A stretch of 64,000 nt of DNA from Corythoichthys intestinalis (taxonomy: Eukaryota), in assembly GCF_030265065.1 (NCBI RefSeq), contig NC_080408.1, positions 22,919,480 to 22,983,479 of the forward strand, read 5' to 3'. A program made the position numbers and the translations under genes. Below the pieces are notes generated by a model. That model saw nothing but the letters and a program-made list of their open reading frames with translations, was not told where the DNA came from and made no database searches. The stretch's first letter is position 1. Every line of letters starts with the position of its first letter. Of the stretch, positions 11,685 through 22,918 are shown in pieces.

Positions 11685-12676
11685 TAGGGTTGTTCCGATC
11701 CTGTTTTTTTGCTCCTGATCCGATCCCGATCGTTTTAGCTTGAGTATCTGCCGATCCCGATATTTCCCGATCCGATTGCTTTTTTTGCTCCCGATTCAAT
11801 TCCAATCATTCCCGATAATTTTTCCCGATCATATACATTTTGGCAATGCATTAAGAAAAAAATGAATAAAACTCGGACGAACATATACATTCAACATACA
11901 GTACATAAGTACTGTATTTGTTTATTATGACAATAAATCCTCAAGATGGCATTTACATTATTAACATTCTTTCTGTGAGAGGGATCCACGGATAGAAAGA
12001 CTTTGGACTTTGTATATTGTGATTAAATATTGCCATCTAGTGTATTTGTTGAGCTTTCAGTAAATGACACTGTAGCCATGCCTAATTGCATGATGGGAAG
12101 CGGAACCATGACTGTGCGTAGTGCTACCAATTGATATATCTTCTCTGCGTTAGGAAATAACATAAGGTGTTAAGTAAAAGATCAATTGCTACCTTGCATC
12201 CCCACATTGATTTCCATGATATTACTAATCGTGGGAAGAGGGATTGTAAGGCTTTAGCCAATTAAAAAAAGGCTCCAAAGGCTGCCAAAATTCACTCTAC
12301 TCATTTTACGCTGCCTTTTATCTCTCTATATAGGTAAAATGGCGCCATTACAGATTGAGCGCGACAGTGCGTGAGTGGGTCGTGCAGTGCATGCATGAAC
12401 TGCGTTAAATATTTTAACGTGATACATTTTTTTAAAAATTAATTACCGCCGTTATCGGGATAAATTTGATAACCCTACCTTAAGTCTAAACTAAAGACTC
12501 TGGATGAGTGTAACATATTATGTCTGTAACGTTAAATACAATTAGAAAACGATTTAATTAATAAAAAAATATATACAGTATATTAAAAAAAGGCATGGCC
12601 GATATTTTTTTGCCGATTCCGATACTTTGAAAATGACGTAATCGGGGTCCGATGCCGATCGATCGGGACATCTCTA
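11685..12676 (+). mobile_element. hAT-type MITE family 2 (TIR TAGGGTTGTTCCGATC / GATCGGGACATCTCTA), intronic
   Basis: Perfect 8-bp TSD ATGTATAT at 11677-11684 and 12677-12684. Second copy at 59842-60823 with TSD CTTCAAAT. Confidence 0.75.
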
Positions 12677-12739
12677 ATGTATATCTTTATTTTTTGGGGG
12701 AGAACAAAAGTGAATTTAATTGAATCAGTTTTGTCCAAA

Positions 12740-13375
12740 TACCATCATCATTAACCTAACCCTTATTGGCACCCCTGGTTAAGATGTATTTTTTAGCTTC
12801 TAATAATTTTTTAAAAATTCAAATAATATGGGACCTTAATGGAAAAAAACAGGTTCAGTGGTCAGTGATGCTGTGGGGCTGTTTCGCTTCCTAAGGCCCT
12901 GGGAACCTTGTTAGGGTGCATGGCATCATGAATGCTTTGAATTACCAGGACATTTTAAATCAAAATCTATTGCCCTCTGCCCGAAAGCTGAAGATGGGTC
13001 GTCACTGGGTCTTTCAGCAAGACAATGACCCTAAACATATGGCCAAATCTACACAGAAATGGTTCGCCAGATACAAAATCAAGCTTGTGAAACATTATAG
13101 GAGAAGATTACGTGTTGTTTTGTTGGCAAAAGGGGGTTGTACAAAGTATTAACACCAGGGGTGCTAATAATTGTGACACACATTATTTGATGTCAAATAA
13201 TTATTTCTTTATGTGGGATTTTTTTCCCCCACTGAATAAATGCACTTGTATTGAAGGTTGGATTCTTCTCTTTTTTTTCAATTAAGGTCCAATATTATTT
13301 GAATTAAATAAAAAATATTAGAAGCTAAAAAAGACATCTTAACCAGGGGTGCCAATAATTATGGAGGGCACTGTA
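12740..13375 (+). mobile_element. Tc1-like element, 5'-truncated deletion derivative (3' transposase fragment + right TIR)
   Basis: Encodes ...[56 protein letters not shown]... (Tc1/mariner DDE C-terminal region). Ends ...ccaataattatggagggcactgta, the TIR terminus shared with 38867-40249. Confidence 0.7.
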
Positions 13376-13844
13376 GGTAATCGATTAATCTATCGATTAG
13401 TACATTCGAATAATCGATTAATCGGATTACAAATAGTTAATGCGTTGCAGAATAAATTTTAGGATATCTAAAACACATCAAGTGTCAATGCTTGAAATAA
13501 TATTTATTTTGGCTTGCTAATATTACACTTCAAAAAGAGCATTACATAGGAATACAAAATAAAATTCCTGAGTGTTTCTTCAAACTTTGCAGAATTGCAC
13601 TTTCATTTCACAAACCCTAACCTAAATGCAGTTAAAAAGAAAATTAAAATACCTGAGCTTAGCCTCAAACAACATCAAAAGAATATATATATGAGGATCT
13701 AAGTTCAATAAAAGAACAATTGCCTATCTCGCATACCAAAAGTCCGCTAGCTTAAACGCTAAAAAATGCAATTTTTTTTACAATGCTCTTAACAAATAAT
13801 AAAAACACGTATTCCCACAAAAAATGGTAAATATACTTCTAAAC

Positions 13845-14564
13845 CAGACATGTCCAAAGTCCGGCCCGGGGGCCAAATGCGGCCCGTGGTAAAATTTTAT
13901 CCTGCCCCCAGCCTCTGTCATAAAATCAATAACGTCTGGCACACAGACTTCATAAATTGGTCAGCAGTACTGCTACCAGCTTACACACTAAATGCTGCTC
14001 CTCAGTTACCCACTAAAAGTCGGCAGCACTCTCAGCAACATTACCCGGTGTGACCCTTTATTCCCAATATTCTAAGATGGCGACAATCAACAAAAAAAAA
14101 AAGAAAGTTGACTGCGACAGCCGACGCTTCAAGGATAGGTGGAAAATGGACTATTTCTTCACTAAAATACGCAACAACTGTGTCTGCTTCATTTGCAAAG
14201 AGACAGTCGGTGTTTTTAAAGAGTTCAATTTGAGGCGATATTACCAAACAAGACACGCTGACATGTACGAGATTACAGGGAAGATACGCAGCGAGAAATT
14301 GAAGCAACTTGAAGCTAGTTTAATTTTACAGCAGCAATATTTCACAAGAGCCCAAGAGTCGAAAGAGAACGCCACAAAGGTTAGTTGCGATATTGTTGAA
14401 ATTATTAATTTAAAAAAATAATAAAGCAAATGTGACACACAGAATGGCTTGCTAAAATTTGCCTAAATATATTGTTCTACGTAAAGGACGTTACCTAAGG
14501 TCGGCCCCCCACATTTTTACCACACCAAATCTGGCCCCTTATGCAAAAAGTTTGGACACCCCTG
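13845..14564 (+). mobile_element. hAT-like non-autonomous element carrying a transposase N-terminal (BED/Charlie-like) ORF fragment
   Basis: TIRs cagacatgtccaaagtccggccc... / ...ggccccttatgcaaaaagtttggacacccctg. Perfect 8-bp TSD TTCTAAAC (13837-13844 and 14565-14572). Internal ORF 14050-14421 with ...CDSRRFKDRWKMDYFFTKIRNNCVCFICKETVGVFKEFNLRRYYQTRHADMYE..., which has the pattern of domesticated hAT/Charlie N-termini. Confidence 0.7.
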
Positions 14565-14645
14565 TTCTAAACTTAATAACAAATGCATAAACAACCATAT
14601 TAGCTTCAACAAAAACTTACCTTATGTTGGTTTTTCTTTTTTCAG

Positions 14646-14696
14646 GACTTTGGCGGTAGACTTGCCGAAATGTTCCGGAAACCTGCTGTGGTGACG
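14646..14696 (+). CDS. Repeat-module gene exon 13 (basic module variant): DFGGRLAEMFRKPAVVT
   Basis: cttttttcag| acceptor, acg|gtaaca donor, 51 nt, phase 0. Confidence 0.5.
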
Positions 14697-14786
14697 GTAA
14701 CACGTTTCGACTTTTGCTTTGTTAATCATGTTTTTTTTTCCAGGCAATTCCATTCATCATAATTTGTTTTTGCATTTTGTTGTCAG

Positions 14787-14912
14787 ATGGGAAAATCAGA
14801 CAGTGATTTGGAGGAGAATGAAGACGACCAGAAAACGTCAGAACGATCGAAAGCTGGAAAAAATTTAAACCGGAAGTTCAAGAAGAAAGCTGCTGAAGCT
14901 AAGTCGGACCAG
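14787..14912 (+). CDS. Repeat-module gene exon 14: MGKSDSDLEENEDDQKTSERSKAGKNLNRKFKKKAAEAKSDQ
   Basis: gttgtcag| acceptor directly before ATG, cag|gtcaaa donor, 126 nt, phase 0. Could also serve as an alternative start exon. Confidence 0.45.
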
Positions 14913-15022
14913 GTCAAAATTCTTCTCTCTAATCGCTTGATAAAGTGCATGCATTCCGTTTTGTATTGTATTATGAATTCAGTTTTAGAATAATGATGTC
15001 AAGCTTTTCTTTCATCTTCCAG

Positions 15023-15070
15023 GAGCTGTCGGACAGTGGCGACGATCTGTCTGCGAAGCCCTCCTCAGAG
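15023..15070 (+). CDS. Repeat-module gene exon 15 (acidic linker): ELSDSGDDLSAKPSSE
   Basis: catcttccag| acceptor, gag|gtcaat donor, 48 nt, phase 0. Confidence 0.5.
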
Positions 15071-15149
15071 GTCAATGGGGCGCTTTTAGAACATTATCAT
15101 CATATTCATCGATGATGTCACCAACAACCATCCGGTTTTTACTTTGCAG

Positions 15150-15221
15150 GAAAAAGGAGGATTTTTCAGCGGCATCCTCCGCAAACCTCCCAAGATTCGT
15201 AAAGAGGCGTCACCCGAGCAG
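15150..15221 (+). CDS. Repeat-module gene exon 16 (basic module): EKGGFFSGILRKPPKIRKEASPEQ
   Basis: actttgcag| acceptor, cag|gtaaaa donor, 72 nt, phase 0. Confidence 0.6.
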
Positions 15222-15286
15222 GTAAAACACGGATTGTCTTGTACGATTTATTTGGGGCACTTGGTATTCCGTTTTTTTCCTGGTAG

Positions 15287-15346
15287 GATTCCGACGAGCT
15301 TCCCAGCGACCTTTCCGGCAATGAGGACAACCAGTTGGACAAAAAG
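15287..15346 (+). CDS. Repeat-module gene exon 17 (acidic linker): DSDELPSDLSGNEDNQLDKK
   Basis: tttttttcctggtag| acceptor, aag|gtcagg donor, 60 nt, phase 0. Confidence 0.55.
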
Positions 15347-16102
15347 GTCAGGCTTTCATTTACCATACGTCTTTTCTCAAGCCTTTATTGGGGGTATGAC
15401 AAAACAGTGGTACCTCGACATACTATCTTTTCGACATCCAAAGTAAAATTTGACTCGCCATTTGTTTCTACATCCGACGACATGCTCGAAATACGACCAC
15501 ATGACAGCGCCGCAGACGGACGCACGGCGGATTTTCTTATGAGAGAAATCAACACAGGTTTAAAAAATGTTGGTACAGGTGGTGAATCAAGGAAAAAAGT
15601 GACACTTACCATTGAAATGAAGATGCAAATGATAGAAAATATGAGTGTGTGGTGCACATCCGTGAACTGGCTCAACAATACAGCCGTAGAATGTCTACGA
15701 TTTCCACGGTCCTCCTCCGACCTCCGTTCGCAGGTCTTTAGTCTTAAGTCAAGGTGACAAATATTATTGTGGCAACATCGCCAAAGAAATCGCCGGCTTC
15801 GTAGGGTTTTTATCATTTATTTCCGAACTTGTCCAACACAACAGGCCTACTGTCCACTGCAGTTGACGGTTTTCTTAACAAAACATTAAAAGTGATCAGG
15901 TACAGCTCGTAAAACACGTCCGCCACATTAGAATCCGATTCGTTACATTATTACTGGAATTATTGTTATTTTATTATTCCGTTTTTTATTAACAATTTAT
16001 TTGTTTTGCTGTGTGTAATTGCCATTAGTAATAGTACCAGCAGTATTTATTAGGATTTCGTGTAGATTTTTGGACTGTGGAACGAATTAATGGAATTATA
16101 AT

Positions 16103-16250
16103 TAGGGCTGTCAAACGATTAAAATTTTTAATCTAGTTAATCATAGCAGAAGAATGAATTAATTGCAATTCAAACCATCTCTAAATCATGCCATATTTTT
16201 CTGCAAATTGTTGTTGGAATGGAAAGATAAGTAAAGTACTGATTGAACAA
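16103..16250 (+). mobile_element. Truncated fragment of hAT MITE family 1
   Basis: agggctgtcaaacgattaaaatttttaatc...caattcaaaccatct...gttggaatggaaagataag. Confidence 0.5.
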
Positions 16251-16419
16251 GGTGTCAATGGCGAGTTTCAAATTAATCAGAGATCTAGCCAAGGCAAAGT
16301 CTGAGTAAGTTTTATGTGTATTTTGTATAGCTATTTTGATTGGGAATGCCAGTTCTCTTTGCATTGAGCGCTTTTCTTTTTGTGAACATAATTTTTTTTA
16401 GAGATAGGAATATTATTTT

Positions 16420-16790
16420 TGATACTGTAGCAACTTAACTGTTCTGCCCAAATGCATGAGGGTAAGTTGGGCAGCCATGACTGTCAGTTGTGGCTGCAAA
16501 TGGTATACAGTATGTTCTTCGTTGTGTTCAATTAAGCGTGTTAAGAAAAAGATCATATTCCACTCTTCCCAAATGCATGATGGGAAGATGTGCAACCATG
16601 ACTGTCAGTAGTGGCTGTGAATGGTATACAGTATGATCTGCGTTGTGTTCAATTAAGCTGTTAAGAAACAGATCGTCTCCTGCTCTGCCCAAATGCATGA
16701 TGGGAAGACGTGTAACCATGACTGTCAGTAGTGGCTGCAAATGCCATACAATATATTCTGCATTGCAATTTAAATTTACTCCAGCGTCTA
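16420..16790. repeat. Minisatellite, ~120-bp unit x3, derived from internal sequence of hAT MITE family 2
   Basis: Three tandem units containing ...cccaaatgcatgatgggaag..g.aaccatgactgtcagtagtggctg.aaatg.tatacagtat... Unit resembles 12060-12170 inside the MITE at 11685-12676. Confidence 0.7.
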
Positions 16791-17303
16791 ACTTCTTTTT
16801 AGAGCCTGATTTGTTAGCGATCTGTTGACTTGTGAACCCCAACACACACCGAAGACAAAATATGTGCCTTATTGGCACTTTGCACTTGCACTTGATCCCC
16901 CCCAAAAAACTTAAGCTTGCAATATTTTGATTTCAAGAATGAATATAGTAGTAAAATGTAGGCACTTTTTCCCATAACTTAAGTTGAAGTTGTTCTCTTA
17001 CTTTTCACAGAATGTTTGTTTTATTTGGAAAACGTTGTTGTTACATGATTGAATCATCCAGTGGGGCATCACAATACAATTAGCCATAATATGTTAAGTC
17101 TATGACCGCTTATATCGCTATCGGTTTGATATCGTATTTTTGGAGATGGACAATATCGGGATATCGGTTCCTGATTAAAAAGTTATTATCGGACAACTCT
17201 TGGACTTACTATTTTATTTATTTTAATTAACTTTCTCAACTTGATTTAGTATCTTTTTCAAAGCAAGAACTGAAGTAAAAATAATAACATCTTGATTAAA
17301 AAT

Positions 17304-18141
17304 TAGGGCTGTCAAACGATTACGATTTTTAATCGAGTTAATTACAGCTTAAAAATTAATTAATCATAATTAATCGCAATTAATCGCAATTCAAACCATC
17401 TATAAAATATGCCATATTTTTCTGTAAATTATATATATATTCTGTAAAATAAATTGTTGGAATGGAAAGATAAGACACAACATGGATATATACATTCAAC
17501 ATACGGTACATAAGGACTGTAGTGGGCATTTCACTCTACTGTCATTTAAATCTGTCTATGCTGTCCTCACTCCGAAGCGTCTACTTTTTCCAAAGCTAGA
17601 CAGCTAGAGAACGACGCCTTAATAATCAGACTTCTTCCTTTTTCATCTGATTTATTAATAAAATAGCCTCAAAACATTGTCCTCTTTAGACCGTAGTAAA
17701 ACTACACAAAAAAAGTACACAAGCATTGCATCAGCAACAACGTTAGCTTAGCACGCTATACAGGTTCACTAAACATAAACAAAAAGCGTCTCATACAAAA
17801 AATATAACATTTCGTTTACTAACATAATATGTACATTCTTTACAACAACCATACTTACGGACAAATCTTGTCCAAGGATCATATAAGCACAACATTACAA
17901 CGTAGGCGTCAACCCGAGACGTCGTGCAGCCATATTGAACTGGCAAGAAAGCAATAAACCATGTTGCAAAGCGACCACAAGAGTTCGCTGTTAGACAGCA
18001 CAAAAAACCTTGCTGTAAAACATACCAAAAGGCAGAATACTGTCTGAGCGGGACATGTGCGTTAATTGCGTCAAATATTTTAACGTGATTAATTTAAAAA
18101 ATGAATTACCGCGCATTAACGCGATAATTTTGACAGCCCTA
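17304..18141 (+). mobile_element. hAT-type MITE family 1, full copy
   Basis: tagggctgtcaaacg...ttttgacagcccta with perfect 8-bp TSD TTAAAAAT (17296-17303 and 18142-18149). Confidence 0.8.
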
Positions 18142-18162
18142 TTAAAAATATCTAAAAATAAT

Positions 18163-18500
18163 TCATTCATTCATTCATTTTCCGAGACGCTTATCCTCAC
18201 GAGGGTCGCGGGGGTGCTGGAGCCAATCCCAGATATCTATGGGCAGTAGGCGGGGTACACCCTAAATCGATTGCCAGCTAATCGCACGGCACAAGGAGAC
18301 GAACAACCATTCGCGCACACACTCATACCTAGGGACAATTTAGAGTGTTCGATCATCCTACCATGCATGTTTTTGGGATGTGGGAGGAAACCGGAGTACC
18401 TGGAGAAAACCCACGCAGGAGCGCAGAGAACATGCAAACTCCACATAGGAAGGCCGGAGCCCGGGATTGAACCCTTGATCTCAGAACTTTGAGGAGGACG
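18163..18500 (+). mobile_element. SINE-like interspersed repeat common in teleost genomes (…gcttatcctcacgagggtcgcgggggtgctggagcc…tttttgggatgtgggaggaaaccggagtacctggagaaaacccacgcagg…gattgaacccttgatctcagaac)
   Basis: Recognised as a very frequent percomorph repeat consensus. Starts after (cattcatt)n. Family name not asserted. Confidence 0.5.
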
Positions 18501-18758
18501 TGCTCACCATGATAAATAAAATCCATAACAATTACAATTGACACCGCATATGTATACTAAATGCTATAGTGGCCTACATGACCCACGTTAGGGAACGACA
18601 GAAATTTGTGGGGTTAGGTTAATTTTTTTTTTTTTTAATTGCCAAAAATATGGTTAAATATTTTTTGTTTTATTTGCTGTATTTAGTTCATAAACTAAAC
18701 TGAATATATCAGTATTCAGTAATGTGCACCATGAAGTCAATCCATCATCATTCTGTAC

Positions 18759-19868
18759 TAGGCATGTGCCGGTTACCGGTTTCACGGTTTACCGTGGTGT
18801 GAAAACGTTGCGGTTTCAAAACCACTAAAATTTTCCGTCAGACCGTAGTACGGTATTCGCTTTTTTTCATGTGTCAAAAATGCAGCCGGAAGTGGCAGAA
18901 AAGGCGTTCTTTTCTTAAATTTATTGAGCTCTCAAATCCTGGTAGGTGGAATATACAAAATTAATACATTTAAAACGTTGTACAATTGTATTTTTCCATG
19001 TGTGAGCAGCTTCAACAGATTAGCACCATGAAAAAGTTCGCCAAAAACAACACACACATTTTTCTTTCAAATTCGATATACAAACTAACTGAAAGCTTAC
19101 AAAGACGAATGTTAGCCTAGACTTAGCTGGGAGAGCAACTTCGTCGAGTGTTACAGCCGCAGAGTGAGAAAACAAGCTTGATTCACTTGAATGAAGGGAA
19201 AAAACGGATATCGTCAAAGATCGTTAATTGCGAAAGATGATCTTGCCCTAAGCACAAATCCACGTTCGCTGGATCAAGGAGAGGCCGCACTCCCAATTTT
19301 TTTTTTTTTTAGATGAAACCTTTCCACAACAATATGTACATTATAACTAACTTTTACATTTTTAACTAACTTATTAACTTATGAATTATTCATGTTCTTT
19401 TTAACACAAAGGCATGACATCATGTAGACTAGAGTTGACACAGTGGCTGAAAATGGCGAAACTTCACTTGAGCTTTTCCACCCTCAAAAAAAAGTCATGC
19501 AGTATAAATTTTTTAAAAATTTATTCAGAAGTGTTTTTACTTTTTTATAGAAATTATTTTGTTCTTCCTCTAATCTTGAGCAACTTGAGCTGTGGCTGTG
19601 GGTATAGTCTATAAGTTATATTTTAATTTTATTTAAAATATGCTTTTTTAATTGATTATTTATTTATTTTAACAATATATTCATGTTCCAATTTGCAACT
19701 ATGTTCTGGAAAAAAAAAAAAAATCCTGTTCAATGGAAAAAAGTTATTTTTTTAACCCATAAATCTCAAAATAACACATTTTGGAGCTATAATTGCAATA
19801 CCGTGAAACCTCGGTATTTTTGCTCACGGTTTATCGTACCTTCAAAATCTCATACCGGCACATGCCTA
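18759..19868 (+). mobile_element. hAT-type non-autonomous element (TIR TAGGCATGTGCCGGT)
   Basis: taggcatgtgccggttaccgg...ataccggcacatgccta with perfect 8-bp TSD TTCTGTAC (18751-18758 and 19869-19876). Confidence 0.75.
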
Positions 19869-20205
19869 TTCTGTACACTGTTATAGTTACATATAGCAAC
19901 TTCTAAACAGGCTAAAAACAGGTGCAGCAGTCATTCACAGTATCGTTCACTGAATGTGATATTGAAAGATTCTGTAAATGGAAACGAGAAGCGTGTTTGT
20001 TTGAAACTTCCAATCCGACACGTTTGTTTTGACAGTTCCTTAATCTTGACAATGACAACTGATAACATTGAGGGCAAGTTTGACATTGAGATTCTTTGAG
20101 GATGCAAGAGTGTTTTCTTTCAGATTCTGTCTATGGATATTAAGCAGATAGACACGTTGTACTTTCTCTCATTCGTGACCCATGTCCTACATGTTGTTTA
20201 TCCAG

Positions 20206-20262
20206 GAGAAAGGTGGTTTGTTTAGCGGATTACTCAAGAAGACGCCCAAAGCTGGCGCTGAG
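20206..20262 (+). CDS. Repeat-module gene exon 18 (basic module): EKGGLFSGLLKKTPKAGAE
   Basis: tgtttatccag| acceptor, gag|gtacaa donor, 57 nt, phase 0. Confidence 0.6.
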
Positions 20263-21206
20263 GTACAACTTGCTTTTCCTCTCTATATCATTTAGGACGA
20301 TTGTATCATTAGTGATTGTGTTCTTTTTGATCAAGTGCATACCAGCAGAAAGAATTTTGTTTAAGAGTTCACATAGTTTTTTCTGCTGTTTAATACTTGA
20401 AAAACGCTTCAATAAGGCCAATTTTTAATGCTAGCGGTAATTTAGCCAATCAGATGAAAGTATTTCAGATATTCCGCCATTGCTCGTGATGTCAGATACA
20501 CCCAAAAATTCATGTGCTATTGCGACGGCAATGTTTACATGCAAGTCATCACTTCTATACTCACATATATATACACCAATTTTGCTCGAACAAAAACAAT
20601 ATATGACAAGGAGAATGTTGTGTATTTTGTCCTAATCATGTCACTGTAGGTGAGACTTCTTGCCAAAATTTCATTTGGTGTGGCGATCTTACTCCTTTGT
20701 AGCAATGATACAGTCATTTCATACACAGATTTTACTCGGAAAAATGGCATAAAGAAAATCTATTCTATTCTCTCTATTCTATTAATTCTATCTTGATCGC
20801 TTACGCAGATTCTTTCTTCAATGAAGACACTAAAACCAATGTTGGCTCGGCTTGGCTAGGCTCAAAACTGGCTGCAGCCGCTCCCGCATCCAATACATAA
20901 TTTTAGAAAAGATGAACCACTGAACTTCAATCGCTATTTTAATTTGCCTCGCGGCCCAAATAATCTTGGCCCTAATTTGCTTGCGGCAAAAGAGAATTCG
21001 GGTGTATCTGACGTCACATTTGTTCCAAAATTTTAACAGCTAAGGTTTCCATTTTGATAGTTAAAACAATATTTTTTCTCATTATCATGGTTCTAAAAAA
21101 TTCATAATTTGCATATTTAGATTCTTTGAGCAACCATCTTTGACATGGTCATTTGTACTAAAAGATTACTATTGCTTTATGCACTGAATCCAAAGTTTGA
21201 TTTCAG

Positions 21207-21275
21207 GAGAACTTGAGCGCGCAAAAAGAGTTGTCAGCGAGCAACGACAGTCTGTCCGATGTCACGAAAACTAAA
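21207..21275 (+). CDS. Repeat-module gene exon 19 (acidic linker): ENLSAQKELSASNDSLSDVTKTK
   Basis: tttgatttcag| acceptor, aaa|gtgagt donor, 69 nt, phase 0. Confidence 0.55.
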
Positions 21276-21790
21276 GTGAGTTCACCCCCATTTTTTGTGT
21301 TACATTTTGTCTTGTAACTTGTGCGTTCATTTGGGCTACATTTGACAAAATTTGGCAGGTTTGGAAGGAACCGTTATGATTCGTTCTAACAGTCCAACTA
21401 GCATTTTAGCACTTCTCAATGCCTGAGCTGTGAACTGCATATCATTTTGGAATTGTAGGGACAAAGACAAAAAAAAATAAATAAATAAAAAAAAATCCTA
21501 AAATGACATAACATTAAAATACGTTAGATGCACTGCATTTTTTTTTACTTTGCCAAGAATGCACTTAAGAATCAGTTCTAGAAAATAATGTCAAAGTTGT
21601 ACTTAAACAGTGACATTGATTATGTTCTAAATATTTTTGTCATTTAATAGCGTGTAAAAATATGGTTAGTTACCAATTAGTTTGTTTATTGAAACAAAAG
21701 ATAGCTTTCACCTTTTCAAGAAGAACTACTACCATGATGCTTATTAGCGAAACTGCAGTGTGACCAACACTGTTGACTTATTTTTTTCTA

Positions 21791-22610
21791 CCGTAATTTT
21801 TGGACTGTAAGCAGCTAATTTTTTCCATCATTTGCGGCTTATTTGTTAATTTATTTGAGTTAATAGGGAACACTTTACTTTACAGCAGCGTCATAAGACT
21901 GATATAAGACTGTCATAATTATGACATGACAGTATCATGAGCATTAATGAATGCTTATGATAGATGTCATTAAGTGTCATCTGGCAAATTATGTCACTAA
22001 CTCCATTTTGGTCCAGCTCAGATCTTTTGCATCCATTCAAAAGGGAGATGATTTCCCAGATGACACAAAATGACATCTGTAATAAGCATTCATTAACGCT
22101 CATGGCAGTGTCATTTCATAATTATGATGATCTTATGACAGTCTTATGGCGCCACTGTCAAATAAAGTGTTACCAAATTCCATAACTAGCAACTAATGAA
22201 ACAACTAGAACAGTAACTAAAGAAATAATTATGACAGAACATGAATTTTGATTTGTTATTTACATCTATCGTGCTGCAATGCATGCTAGGAAGCATGTTG
22301 GACGGCAACATTGTTGACAGCAGGTGGCAGCAGAGGTTGACCGTCTCCCTCAAGGGAGCAGTGATGGCCAAATGAAGCTTCTTGAATCACTGAAGCTTTG
22401 CAGCCAATTGGTTCAAAGATTCGTGGTGGTTCATTTGGGCTTATGAGAGTCTTATAATGCCGCTGTCAAATAATGTGTTACCAGCTGATATCGTGTGGTG
22501 TAAATATCTCAAAATACAGTGGGGACAGCTGCCGCTCATAGTCCCGGCTTAATCTATGAAAAAATGCTGTTTCCGTGTCAGATTTGGTGGGTGGCAGTTT
22601 ATAGACCCTA
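21791..22610 (+). mobile_element. TA-target non-autonomous element related to the TACCGTA(A)TTTTYGGACTATAAG-TIR family (one end truncated). Homologous copy at 49330-49905.
   Basis: Starts taccgtaatttttggactgtaagcagc. Long internal similarity to 49360-49900 (cattcattaatgctcatggcagtgtcatttcataattatg...gttggatgacaac...ggtggcagcagaggttga...). Confidence 0.5.
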
Positions 22611-22737
22611 CTCACGTGACGTCACTGCCACGCCCCCGCGCCATGTTGTCCGTATACTCGTCATGTTAATGCATTAGCGCTTCGTAAAATCCTCCTATTA
22701 TGGCGTGTTTTTCTGCTCGTTAACATTAATAATCAAA

Positions 22738-22918
22738 ATGGTGATGTCGTGTGTGGCGGTCGGTTGCAAAAACAGAGAAGATAGACGGAGAGACTTGAAG
22801 TTTTACCGTATTCCGAGAGACCTGGAGAGGAGACCGAGATTGACTGCTGCAGTTCGACGAGAAAACTGGGCTCCAAACGACTACCACAGATTATGTAGTA
22901 GTCATTTTATATCTGGTA
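22738..22918 (+). CDS. THAP-type zinc-finger domain exon (C2CH), transposon-derived or nested gene, within an intron of the repeat-module gene
   Basis: MVMSCVAVGCKNREDRRRDLKFYRIPRDLERRPRLTAAVRRENWAPNDYHRLCSSHFISG|gtaag. C-x2-C ... W ... LCSxHF matches the THAP signature. Ends at a GT donor. GC-box/CRE-like sequence lies just upstream (22600-22660). Confidence 0.55.

Noticed and set aside
15335-15816. ORFs 15335-15757 (+) and 15385-15816 (-) just downstream of exon 17
   Set aside because: Mutually overlapping on opposite strands in intronic DNA, with no recognisable domain. A weak possibility of a decayed TE ORF, not supportable.
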